Origin: an uncultured Hyphomicrobiales bacterium
Lineage (GTDB): Bacteria; Bacteroidota; Ignavibacteria; Kapaibacteriales; UBA2268
Reading direction: 5' to 3'
Assembly: GCA_964473465.1 (NCBI GenBank)
Contig: CAYYPE010000002.1
Span: 48,487-112,486 of the forward strand
DNA length: 64,000 nucleotides
In this document: positions 11,112-20,319 of the stretch, in pieces
Numbering within the stretch: the first letter of the stretch is position 1
How the letters are laid out: the number at the start of each line of letters is the position of its first letter
Notes under the pieces: generated by a model
Database searches by the model: none
Told to the model about the DNA's origin: nothing
Seen by the model: only the letters and a program-made list of their open reading frames with translations
Position numbers and translations under genes: made by a program

Positions 11112-12359
11112 TTAAACTTTACAAACCATTTTATATAACCGGTTATTTATGACTCCAAGAGCTTCGTATTGCCCGGATCTCCAGTTGTAAATTGGCTGAA
11201 CGGTAAAATCAACCATTTTGCCGGCAACCAGCTCTTTGTTCTGAAGGTATCTGACAACAAGTGCAGAGTTTGTTGAATAGGCAACAGTAGGACTATTCGG
11301 TTTTTTAGCATAATTTATATTTGACATCTTGCTTTCATTAACATTGAATTTTTGACCGCTGACATTAAAAAAGCAATCAAGGTCACAACCAAGAAAATAT
11401 AGCTCCGATCCATCATGGGTGAACATTGGGTTGCCAGTAAAGGAGCTGCCGCCAGAATACTCTGTGCTGCTGAAAACAATTAACTCTTTGGAGCTGACTC
11501 GGGCTTTATAAGCAAGCATTGGCAAGGATGGATGCAAAATCAAACCTTCAATAGCATCATAAGGTTTGCCAATCAAAGGTTCATAATAATCATCGGAAAT
11601 CAGAAAAGCAACCATATCGTTGGAAAATCTCCCGGCAGTTACCGCAGCACAGGTTCCATCACGATTGATGCTGACATCTCCGATAAATTTCAAAGCTTCC
11701 GAAATGTTTTTCTCGGATTGGTAGATTTCCCATTGATTTCCATTTCTTCCTGCATACATAAAAGTATTATCATACCAGAAACCAATCGGAATTATATCGT
11801 CAAAGAGCTGGCTTTCCTTTCCTTCGATAACTATTGTTTTTTTGCTGCTTCTGTAACCGGTAAATGCAATTCTGTTTCCCCAATAGTTAAGAAAAAAGCG
11901 ACCATCTCTCTGATAAACCTTCATTTTTTTATCACCATAAACAATTGTTTCAAGTCCGGACTCTGTATAAGCATAAGCAAGAACTTTCCCCGAAGGACTG
12001 AATCTCAACTCAGTCGGTTCGGCTGTTGATGGAACAGCGATTTTCTTATCTTTTGTATAAATATTCCATTGTGTGTTGTCCCGACCAAAAAAAGCCCAGT
12101 TGTCCCCATCAGGAGAGATTTCGAATGACCTGACATCAAGAAGCGGCTCGGATTGAATTCCATTTATTGTCATCCTGAAGGAGTTTGAGTAGGGTTTTGT
12201 TAAAGCCCACCACACTCCTGTTGTATCAATACCATAGGATACAAGTTGTTCTGAGCCATCAAGCATCAGAGTATCGCTGCATCTGTTTGAATAAGATTCA
12301 AGGCTTCCGTTTATAAACAAGAATAATATTAAAAAAAACAAACCTAAAATTCTAACCAT
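11112..12359 (-). CDS. Secreted hypothetical protein, probable beta-propeller (TolB/WD40-like)
   Basis: Hydrophobic signal (MVRILGLFFLIL...) and blade-like motifs SPDGDNWAF, FSPSGKVLAY, FTHDGSELYF. Confidence 0.6.
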   Translation of the reverse strand: MVRILGLFFLILFLFINGSLESYSNRCSDTLMLDGSEQLVSYGIDTTGVWWALTKPYSNSFRMTINGIQSEPLLDVRSFEISPDGDNWAFFGRDNTQWNIYTKDKKIAVPSTAEPTELRFSPSGKVLAYAYTESGLETIVYGDKKMKVYQRDGRFFLNYWGNRIAFTGYRSSKKTIVIEGKESQLFDDIIPIGFWYDNTFMYAGRNGNQWEIYQSEKNISEALKFIGDVSINRDGTCAAVTAGRFSNDMVAFLISDDYYEPLIGKPYDAIEGLILHPSLPMLAYKARVSSKELIVFSSTEYSGGSSFTGNPMFTHDGSELYFLGCDLDCFFNVSGQKFNVNESKMSNINYAKKPNSPTVAYSTNSALVVRYLQNKELVAGKMVDFTVQPIYNWRSGQYEALGVINNRLYKMVCKV

Positions 12360-12579
12360 ATTTTTCAATCTCAAAGAAAATTTTGTAGTGTTATCAATCA
12401 CAAATTAATTATTCTTTATACTACATTTAAATCAAATAAAACATTATAAAAAAACTTTGGATTAAGTATTATATTGTAACGTGAAAAAAATTATTTTTTC
12501 AGAATTACTGTAACTTTTTGTAACTAAAATGTGTTATTATAATTTAAACGGAATAAAATACAAGATAAAAGGTGATAAA

Positions 12580-15500
12580 ATGCTCAAAAGAAATCCTATA
12601 ATATTTTTAATTATCCTGCTTCAGATTTTTATTGTTTTTCCGGAAATCTTAAACGCTCAGGGATTCAATATTTATAATATTGACGCAAGTAAATTTCCGT
12701 CTGTTAATGGAATTGTTTTTGCCCGTGATCAGGCAGGTAATGATTATGCAAATCTTGTTCCCGATGATTTTGATTTGTGGGAAAACGGAAAAAATTTAGA
12801 TGCAACCTTAAAAGTTGATTGTTTCAAGGCTGACTTTTTCCCACCGGTTGCCATAGCTATGGTTTTTGACGTAAGCAGTTCAATGGGTTGGGATGTTGGA
12901 AGTGGCGAAAAGCGAATTGATTGGATTAGGACCGGAGCTTATGCTTTTCTTGATTCTATCAGAATTGACCCTCCTTCGACTATGTGTTTCCTGAAATTCG
13001 GTGGCGATGTTTACGGGAATAGTGGCTTTTTTACGACTAAAACCCCATTATATACTTGGGTTCAACAGCAACTGACTGTTGCTGGCGGCACAACAGACTT
13101 TTTTGTCCCATTTGTCAGGGAAAAAGATCCTAAGGGAGCTATTCCTTCTTTGATGACACAGTCAAAAGATTTGAGAAGAGTGATTATTTTTCTTTCAGAC
13201 GGAGAGCCTGAAAGAACTTTTACACAAACACAGGTTGATAGCATTGTCAGATGGGCAAACCGTGAGAAAATCTCGGTTTATTCAATTTTCCTTCTTGCAG
13301 GACTTAATATGGATATTGAGTATATTTGCCGCAGCACGGGTGGAAAATCCTACTCTGTTTTCACCAAAGATAATTTGATTAAAGCCTATCGTCAAATTGT
13401 TGGTGATATTCAGAGCAGAAATATCTGTCAGCTTTCGTGGATTGCTCCTTATGGGTGTAATGAAGCCAGCAGGCAAAGGAACATTAAGCTTGTCTTCAAG
13501 AGGATTCCCGATAGTGTAAATGCTTCTTATGTTGCTCCGCCCGAAAGTATCACAAATCTTGAAGTTACTCCTTTGCAATTGCTTTTTGGAAGAAAAGGAT
13601 TTGGCACAACACAGAGACAGATTTCACTGGATTCAAAATATTCTGATTTTACAATAACAGGATATAAATTTTTACCAGATAATGGCGACTACACAGTAAA
13701 TTTTGGATTGAAGACAATCCCATTTACACTTAAAAAAGGTGAAAAACTCGATATAACCATTGATTACGTTAAATCTCCTCCTGATGTGTCCACCGAAACA
13801 ATTTTTTCGTTGGAAGGCGACCCCTGCAAACCACCTGACGTTAGCCTTGTTGCCCCATGCGGAGGTGATTATCCTGCGGAATTAAACTTTGGTACAATTC
13901 CAATAATGACAACTTCAGATAAAAATGACAAATGTATGTTCAAAAATACTACTGCTGTTCCTATTTCAGGTCAAATAAAAGTCGAAGGTGTCAATGAAAA
14001 TGAATTCGAGATTATAAAGGGTGGGGGTAATTTCAACCTTGCTCCGGGTGCCTGTCTCGAGGTAACAGTTAGGTTCAAACCTGTAACCGCCGGAACTAAG
14101 ACTGCTATTCTGTCATATTATATTCCTAACGTATGTGGACCTCATTCAACTAAATTAACCGGAAATGCAGTTCAAAATGATTTTCCGCTTCCTGTTCTTG
14201 ATTGGAAAAACAGAAGAATCAACACAATAAACGATTCTACTTATGTTATTGAAAATAATGGAACTATTCCTATTAAAATCACAAGTATTAAGTTACAGGA
14301 TGGCTCTAATAATATTTTTAAGGCAACTTTTCCCTCAGTTCCTTTAACCATTAATCCCGGAACAAATATTAGCATACCGGTGAGTTTCACTCCCGACAAA
14401 GAGGGACCTTTAACAAATTATATTGATGTTCAGATTGAAGGTAGCACAAACACTTTTAGCGGAACTTTGACTGGTATTGGCTCTGTTCCCAAATTAGTTG
14501 CCCCGGATGTTGTTTTCAATGCAACAAAAGTTCAGGCTACTTCCAATAAAAACCTGACAATTACAAACATAAGCTCAACAATGGATCTATTTATAACTGA
14601 TATTGTTATGCCAAACAATCCTGACTTCAAATTTGATGTTGGTGCTGTTACAAAGAATATAACTGTCAGTAAAAATAACGGAACTTTTAATGTTCCTATG
14701 ATATTCAATCCTCAAACAAGTGGAAACAAGAGTATAAAACTTTTGATTAAACACGACGGAGGTCCCGGTCCAGTTGCAAATTATATTGATACAATCAATG
14801 TTTCTGGTCTGGCTCTTGGTTTGAATGTTTCACCTGTGCCTTTAGATTTTGGATCTGTTCTGACATGCGAAACAAAAGAACTACCTTTAACAATTGACAA
14901 TGACGCCCCGACTGAGATGACAATAAATGATATGACAATCACCGGTGACGATAAAAATTATTTTAGCATTAAGCAACCTGCTGTTTCGACAATATCTGCG
15001 AATACAAAAGGTAATATCATCGTTATTTTCAGCCCCGATACAAAGAAAAATTATAATGCCGTGTTGTCGCTGAAAACATCATCTGGAGATCAGGATATCC
15101 CTCTAAAAGGAATAGGGAATGTGATACCACTGATTTCCAAATTTATTAGTGTGTCAAATAATGATACCGTCCCCGGTAAACCAATTGATTTTAAAATCAA
15201 AATTGACATACCCGATTATAATAAGGCTGTTAGTAAACTTTCTGTTTATTTGAATTATAATTTAAGAACATTTTCGCTTAACAAATCAAATCAAGTCAAA
15301 TCCGATATACCAAACTGGAGCTGGACTTCAGTCGAAGTAAAACCCGGAGAATTGCGATTTGACGGTATCGGGACATCGAAACCTTCCCCGTTGACTGCTA
15401 ATCTTGAATTTACGCTCGATTCATACTTATCTGATGTAATTAGCACAAATTTAATTGCTTATACAATCACTCATGATGGTGGTGACAGATGTTTAATTAC

Positions 15501-15834
15501 CGAAAGAGACACGCTCGTTCAGGAATTCAGAACCTGCTTTACCGGTGGAAGGTCAATTCAGCTATCAAAAGCATCTTCTATATTAAGCATCAATCCAAAT
15601 CCTGTTAACACAGATAATATGAATTTATCAGTATTCATAGGTAATCGTGAGAATAATATTTTCGAAATACTTGATGTTCTGGGAAAAGTTGTCAAAGTGT
15701 TTGAATTTAATCCTGATTTAATGGGGTATCAGGAAATATCTCTGAATCTAAGGGAGATTAACTCAGGAACCTATCATATCAGGTTAAAAACTCCATATAA
15801 TATTGAAAGCAGAAGTTTCGTTATAATCAAGTAA
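12580..15834 (+). CDS. Secreted vWA domain + multiple choice-of-anchor D Ig domains + T9SS C-terminal domain
   Basis: Signal peptide after a GGTGA SD (ATG 12580), MIDAS DVSSS...LSDG, repeated LxFG...V.F.P...G.K...L Ig motifs, and C-terminal INPNP...I.D.LG...SGTY...F.IIK. Confidence 0.8.
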   Translation: MLKRNPIIFLIILLQIFIVFPEILNAQGFNIYNIDASKFPSVNGIVFARDQAGNDYANLVPDDFDLWENGKNLDATLKVDCFKADFFPPVAIAMVFDVSSSMGWDVGSGEKRIDWIRTGAYAFLDSIRIDPPSTMCFLKFGGDVYGNSGFFTTKTPLYTWVQQQLTVAGGTTDFFVPFVREKDPKGAIPSLMTQSKDLRRVIIFLSDGEPERTFTQTQVDSIVRWANREKISVYSIFLLAGLNMDIEYICRSTGGKSYSVFTKDNLIKAYRQIVGDIQSRNICQLSWIAPYGCNEASRQRNIKLVFKRIPDSVNASYVAPPESITNLEVTPLQLLFGRKGFGTTQRQISLDSKYSDFTITGYKFLPDNGDYTVNFGLKTIPFTLKKGEKLDITIDYVKSPPDVSTETIFSLEGDPCKPPDVSLVAPCGGDYPAELNFGTIPIMTTSDKNDKCMFKNTTAVPISGQIKVEGVNENEFEIIKGGGNFNLAPGACLEVTVRFKPVTAGTKTAILSYYIPNVCGPHSTKLTGNAVQNDFPLPVLDWKNRRINTINDSTYVIENNGTIPIKITSIKLQDGSNNIFKATFPSVPLTINPGTNISIPVSFTPDKEGPLTNYIDVQIEGSTNTFSGTLTGIGSVPKLVAPDVVFNATKVQATSNKNLTITNISSTMDLFITDIVMPNNPDFKFDVGAVTKNITVSKNNGTFNVPMIFNPQTSGNKSIKLLIKHDGGPGPVANYIDTINVSGLALGLNVSPVPLDFGSVLTCETKELPLTIDNDAPTEMTINDMTITGDDKNYFSIKQPAVSTISANTKGNIIVIFSPDTKKNYNAVLSLKTSSGDQDIPLKGIGNVIPLISKFISVSNNDTVPGKPIDFKIKIDIPDYNKAVSKLSVYLNYNLRTFSLNKSNQVKSDIPNWSWTSVEVKPGELRFDGIGTSKPSPLTANLEFTLDSYLSDVISTNLIAYTITHDGGDRCLITERDTLVQEFRTCFTGGRSIQLSKASSILSINPNPVNTDNMNLSVFIGNRENNIFEILDVLGKVVKVFEFNPDLMGYQEISLNLREINSGTYHIRLKTPYNIESRSFVIIK

Positions 15835-15854
15835 TTAGATGTTTTTTTAATTTT

Positions 15855-15887
15855 TGAATGCTATGCAATTTGATTGTATAGCATTCA
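15855..15887. terminator. Stem-loop (terminator or mRNA stabiliser) after the vWA gene
   Basis: TGAATGCTATGCAAT / ATTGTATAGCATTCA inverted repeat with one G-U pair. Confidence 0.6.
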
Positions 15888-15958
15888 TTATTTTTATTCA
15901 ATAATTCTATTAATTTTTTTAAATTAAAAACGTCAATTATTAATAAATTGAGATTAAA

Positions 15959-16864
15959 ATGAGAATTAGAATTATTATCGGCATATTTTTCCTTCTTACT
16001 TCATTTTCTTTGTTTTCTCAGGAAATTGAGGCAAATGTTATTGTAAATATGGAACAGCTCGAATTTGAAGCCAGAAACAACGTTGCGAATTTCGACAGAG
16101 ATTTGATGAGCTATATAAACAATCAGTCATTCACTGGCGAAAAATGGGAAGGACCCAAAATTCCTGTTGAAATAAATATATATTTATCTGGCGGGCGAAA
16201 CGGCAGGTATTCTGCAAGAATGTTTCTGATATCCAAGAGGTTCCTCGATGGACCTGAGGAAAATTCAGGACAGTCAATTGCTCTAAGAATGATTGAAGAT
16301 AACTGGTCGTTTGAATATGGGCTCGGAGCATTTCTATCCTTTAATATGCTAAGGTTCGATCGCATTTCGAGCATGATAGATTACTATATGTTTTTGGTAA
16401 TTGGAATGGATAAGGACACTTATGGAGAGTTAGACGGGTCAAAGGAATACGACAAAGCAAAAAGCATTTTCCAGCTGGGTGCTTCGAACGAAATTCCCGG
16501 TTTTAAAACTTTTTCCCAGCCCGGAGAATTTACAAAATACAATCTCGTGACTGAACTAACAGACATGAGATATGAAGATTTCAGAAAATTAATCTTTGCT
16601 TATTATGTAGATGGCCTTGATAGAATGGCATTTAACAAGGAAAAAGCCACTGAAGCATTAGCTGGCATTATCGCTGATATGGCAGCTTTCAAACAAAACA
16701 AGCTAACCGGTCCAAGTGTGTTGCTTCAGTTGTTTTTTGATTCCAAGGCACAGGAATTAGCTTCCATATTTAAAGGATATCAAGATAAAAAAGTGTTTAA
16801 TGATCTTATTTATTTAGATCCATCAAACACCATGCTATATAATGAAGCAAGAGATTCAAGATAG
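15959..16864 (+). CDS. porD: DUF4835 / PorD-like T9SS-associated protein
   Basis: Signal peptide then QEIEANVIVN, INNQSFT, DYYMFLVIGMDKDTY and LQLFFDSKAQELASIF, typical of DUF4835. Confidence 0.7.
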   Translation: MRIRIIIGIFFLLTSFSLFSQEIEANVIVNMEQLEFEARNNVANFDRDLMSYINNQSFTGEKWEGPKIPVEINIYLSGGRNGRYSARMFLISKRFLDGPEENSGQSIALRMIEDNWSFEYGLGAFLSFNMLRFDRISSMIDYYMFLVIGMDKDTYGELDGSKEYDKAKSIFQLGASNEIPGFKTFSQPGEFTKYNLVTELTDMRYEDFRKLIFAYYVDGLDRMAFNKEKATEALAGIIADMAAFKQNKLTGPSVLLQLFFDSKAQELASIFKGYQDKKVFNDLIYLDPSNTMLYNEARDSR

Positions 16865-16895
16865 TTATGTATAAATATTTTTTCAAGGAAAAAAG

Positions 16896-19829
16896 ATGAC
16901 AAAGAAATTACTTTTTTTTATTATTGTGATAAATGTCTTTCTCACAATAAACCTATTTTCGCAGATAGACGGCAGGAAGTTACCTCCCAGTCTTGATGTT
17001 GAACAATATGGTAAGCCTCAAATAATGAGGATGAAAGATTACTACAAAGCTGGCAAGCTTCCCCCGGAAGCTTTCATCGAGCAAAAACTGCCCGATAATT
17101 TAATGTCTCCCACGGGGGTTAATTTAATCAATATGTCGGGAAATTCAGGCCATCAGTCAGAGACATGGGTCTCAATTAATCCAATGAATCCACTTCAAAT
17201 TGTTGGTTCTTCAAACGATTACCGATATAATGACATATCTTCCGGTTATCGTATGGCTGCTTACTATACTACAGATGGAGGAAATACATGGAAAACATCT
17301 ACCACACCAAGAAACATGGATCTTTGGATTAAAAGACCAGCTCAGGGAGGTATGACAAACTTCGATCCGGGTCTTGCTTTTGACACAAAAGGAAATATGT
17401 TTTATTCTTTCGGCTTCGCCCAAGTTCCAGATGATGATCTGGAAGGCGACAATGGAGTTTTTGTCTGTCGTTCATCTGATGGCGGCAAAACATGGCAAGA
17501 AGCTATCCCGGTAGCATTGGAAACAAACGGAACCGTATCGCAACCCTTTCACGACAGATACATGATAGCCTGTGATGTTCAGGAGAATTCTCCATACAAG
17601 AACACTCTTTACGTAACATGGAAAAGATTCAGAGTTAACGCAGGCATTTGCTTTTCATCTTCAAAAGATGAAGGAGAAAATTGGTCAACAATAACACTAA
17701 TTCCCGGAGGAACTGATAACACACAATCCCCTACTCCTGTTGTCGGACCCGATGGTGAGCTTTATGTTGCATGGCAGTCCCGTGGAAATAATAACACAAC
17801 TAATGCTATGGTTCAAAAATCGACAGATGGGGGCAAAAGATGGCTGCCTGCTCCTGTTTTGGCACAAACCGTAAGAAACCATGGTATTGTCAATTCTGAA
17901 AGCGGCAGAAATGTTCTTCCCGATAAGCAAAACATCCGTATTTCATCCTATCCAGCTATTTCAGTTGATTGCTCGAATGGACCCAGAAGAGGATGGGTTT
18001 ATATAGTTCAATCCGGTAAGGGTAGCGATGGAAATAATGGTATTTTCTACACCTATTCGACTGATGGTGGTAATAAATGGTCTGATCAGATAAGAATTGA
18101 TGATAACTCACTTGGTAATGATGTCTTTTTCCCTGCAATTTCAGTAGATCCAAAAACTGGTTTAATAGCTGTGCTATACTATAGCTCTCAAAACGACCCT
18201 CAAAACAAAGGCGTTGATGCTTACCTTGCAATTTCATTTGATGGATTAAATTTCAAAAATATTAGAATAACCCCACAAACTTGGTATATCAATGATCCAT
18301 CGGATGTTTCATATCAGGGAAAGGGTAACTATTACTGGGGCGATTATTCATCTGTTGTTGCTTATAATGGTAAGGTATATCCCTGTTTCTGGATGCCATC
18401 AAATCCACAAGGGAACTTCTGGACAAATTTTCTTTACACTGCTATAATGTCCACAGCACCAAATCCACCTACTAACCTGCAAGCCGAAATTCCATCTCAG
18501 AATTCAATTGTTTTAAAGTGGGTTGATCCCCAAAAGAACGGTCTTGGAGGAGATCTTGGCAATTTTAAAATTCTTGTTTATAGGGATAATAATAAAATTG
18601 GCGAGGTGGATAAAGGAGTTCAAACCTATACTGATAATAATATTGAAGATGGCAAAATTTATAATTATTCACTAAAAACTAAATCTGAAGATAATTCTGA
18701 AAGCGAGTTCGTTTATATTTCTCTTACTGCCGGAGGTGCTCTCGAACCAAAAGCCCCAACAGATTTATCACCTTATCCTGTTGCTAACGGGGTCAGACTG
18801 CGTTGGAAAAATCCGACTGAGCATATTGACAATTCGTTTTTCCATGACTTTGAAAGAATTGAAATTTATAATGAGGATAAGTTAGTAGTTCAAATTAATA
18901 AGCCAAACATACAGGCTGGAGAATTTTCAGAAGCTGTAATTGAGTTGCCAACAGAAAAATTCTATAAGTTAAAGATTTTAGCTGTTGGTAAAAGAGGAAC
19001 TATTGAAACAAAGAGTAAGTATTCAGAAGAAATCCTTGCATACGCAGGCTCTCCTTTGACCACACTCAGTGAAAGTTTCGACAATGCCCAATTAATTCCG
19101 AATTACTTAGAATCAACCGGTGAGCAAAAATGGGGCAAAACAAGTGAAGTTTCTTATACTCCTGATTTCTCTTTCACTGATTCACCAAACGAGAACTATG
19201 GAAACAGAATAGACAATCAGGTTATATTTGCTCCTGTTATTGTTCAACCAATGAATACAACTTTAAGTTTCAAACACATCTGTATAATTGACTCAACCGG
19301 AGATTATGGCGTCTTGAGTGTTTCAAAAGATTTAAAGAATTGGGAAGATTTACTATGGTTCGACAATCGCCGTTCAAAAGATTTTGTTGATGATCCGAAG
19401 ACTGCCAAATGGTTTTCCGAAGGCAGAAGCCTTGAAAAATATGAAGGTGATATAATTTATATATCTTTCAGACTGGTTTCCAATCCTTTAAGAAATAAAG
19501 CCGGCTGGTTTATTGATGACCTTGCAGTTAATAATGACCCGCTCACTGTTGAACATTTTAATGATTTACTCAATGCTATATTTGTGTCAACTTCACCTAA
19601 TCCAACGGTTGGAAAAATCAAGCTAAATGTATCTTTGCCGTTGCCGTCAAACATAGAAATTTCATTACTTGACATTTTAGGCAACAAGGTTTCTACCAAT
19701 GAAAATAAATATTATCAGGCGGGACAGCATGACATTGAAATGGATTTATCACATTTGCTCTCGGGTATTTACTTCTGCAATATAAAAACAAACATTGGAA
19801 TTAAAACAATAAAAATCATCAAAAATTAA
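16896..19829 (+). CDS. Secreted BNR/Asp-box (sialidase-like) propeller + FN3 + T9SS C-terminal domain
   Basis: Several S/T-x-D-G-G-x-x-W Asp-boxes (TTDGGNTW, SSDGGKTW, SKDEGENW, STDGGKRW, STDGGNKW), WGDY, FN3-like PNPPTNL...LKW, and C-terminal SPNP...DILG...SGIYF. Confidence 0.8.
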   Translation: MTKKLLFFIIVINVFLTINLFSQIDGRKLPPSLDVEQYGKPQIMRMKDYYKAGKLPPEAFIEQKLPDNLMSPTGVNLINMSGNSGHQSETWVSINPMNPLQIVGSSNDYRYNDISSGYRMAAYYTTDGGNTWKTSTTPRNMDLWIKRPAQGGMTNFDPGLAFDTKGNMFYSFGFAQVPDDDLEGDNGVFVCRSSDGGKTWQEAIPVALETNGTVSQPFHDRYMIACDVQENSPYKNTLYVTWKRFRVNAGICFSSSKDEGENWSTITLIPGGTDNTQSPTPVVGPDGELYVAWQSRGNNNTTNAMVQKSTDGGKRWLPAPVLAQTVRNHGIVNSESGRNVLPDKQNIRISSYPAISVDCSNGPRRGWVYIVQSGKGSDGNNGIFYTYSTDGGNKWSDQIRIDDNSLGNDVFFPAISVDPKTGLIAVLYYSSQNDPQNKGVDAYLAISFDGLNFKNIRITPQTWYINDPSDVSYQGKGNYYWGDYSSVVAYNGKVYPCFWMPSNPQGNFWTNFLYTAIMSTAPNPPTNLQAEIPSQNSIVLKWVDPQKNGLGGDLGNFKILVYRDNNKIGEVDKGVQTYTDNNIEDGKIYNYSLKTKSEDNSESEFVYISLTAGGALEPKAPTDLSPYPVANGVRLRWKNPTEHIDNSFFHDFERIEIYNEDKLVVQINKPNIQAGEFSEAVIELPTEKFYKLKILAVGKRGTIETKSKYSEEILAYAGSPLTTLSESFDNAQLIPNYLESTGEQKWGKTSEVSYTPDFSFTDSPNENYGNRIDNQVIFAPVIVQPMNTTLSFKHICIIDSTGDYGVLSVSKDLKNWEDLLWFDNRRSKDFVDDPKTAKWFSEGRSLEKYEGDIIYISFRLVSNPLRNKAGWFIDDLAVNNDPLTVEHFNDLLNAIFVSTSPNPTVGKIKLNVSLPLPSNIEISLLDILGNKVSTNENKYYQAGQHDIEMDLSHLLSGIYFCNIKTNIGIKTIKIIKN

Positions 19830-19854
19830 ACTGCTTTAAAACCTTAATATAAAG

Positions 19855-19896
19855 GACAGGCTGCCTTTGAACAAAAGACAGCCTGTTTGTTTTTTT
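19855..19896. terminator. Intrinsic terminator
   Basis: ACAGGCTG...CAGCCTGT stem followed by a T-rich tract. Confidence 0.75.
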
Positions 19897-19975
19897 AATT
19901 TAGAGCACAAAAAGGTTGAGTTTTTCCTCGAAAAAACAATGAACTATTTAGCTTAGAAAAGCAAAATAAACTTAC

Positions 19976-20230
19976 TTATTCTTCTAAACCAAACGGCTCA
20001 ATTTTAGGGTTTGAATAAGGACCGTTATAGTTACTATCTTTTCTTAATTTGTCCAATACGGCTTCATCAATTTGATAAGAAAAAATTTTGTTTTCAAGAT
20101 CAACATTGACAATACCAAATTCTTTATCCAAACTATCAACAGAAACACCAAGATGAGCAGCCAAGGTATCCAAATTTAGTTCCTCGTCCTTATTCCATTG
20201 AATTGTCATCAATAAATAGTGCTTATCCAT
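19976..20230 (-). CDS. Small protein resembling the propeptide of the adjacent subtilase (candidate inhibitor)
   Basis: Shares ordered motifs DxEFG(I/V), (I/V)DE and GxYSxxxIEP with the protease N-terminus; ATG at 20230 (TTG at 20239 also possible). Confidence 0.65.
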   Translation of the reverse strand: MDKHYLLMTIQWNKDEELNLDTLAAHLGVSVDSLDKEFGIVNVDLENKIFSYQIDEAVLDKLRKDSNYNGPYSNPKIEPFGLEE

Positions 20231-20261
20231 GTTTTTCAATAAATGATATTTTTGAAACAGG

Positions 20262-20304
20262 AGTAAAGTCCGGTTTGTTATGATAAAACATTCCGAACTT
20301 TACT
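20262..20304 (-). other. 12-bp stem-loop between the subtilase and the small gene
   Basis: Minus strand AGTAAAGTTCGG / CCGGACTTTACT with one G-U pair. Confidence 0.6.
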
Positions 20305-20319
20305 TAAAATTATACACGA

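Noticed and set aside
12529-12579. Longer upstream starts given by the ORF track (also 31559, 12401, 11054, 36193)
   Set aside because: Downstream ATGs have better SD spacing and give proper signal peptides or family N-termini
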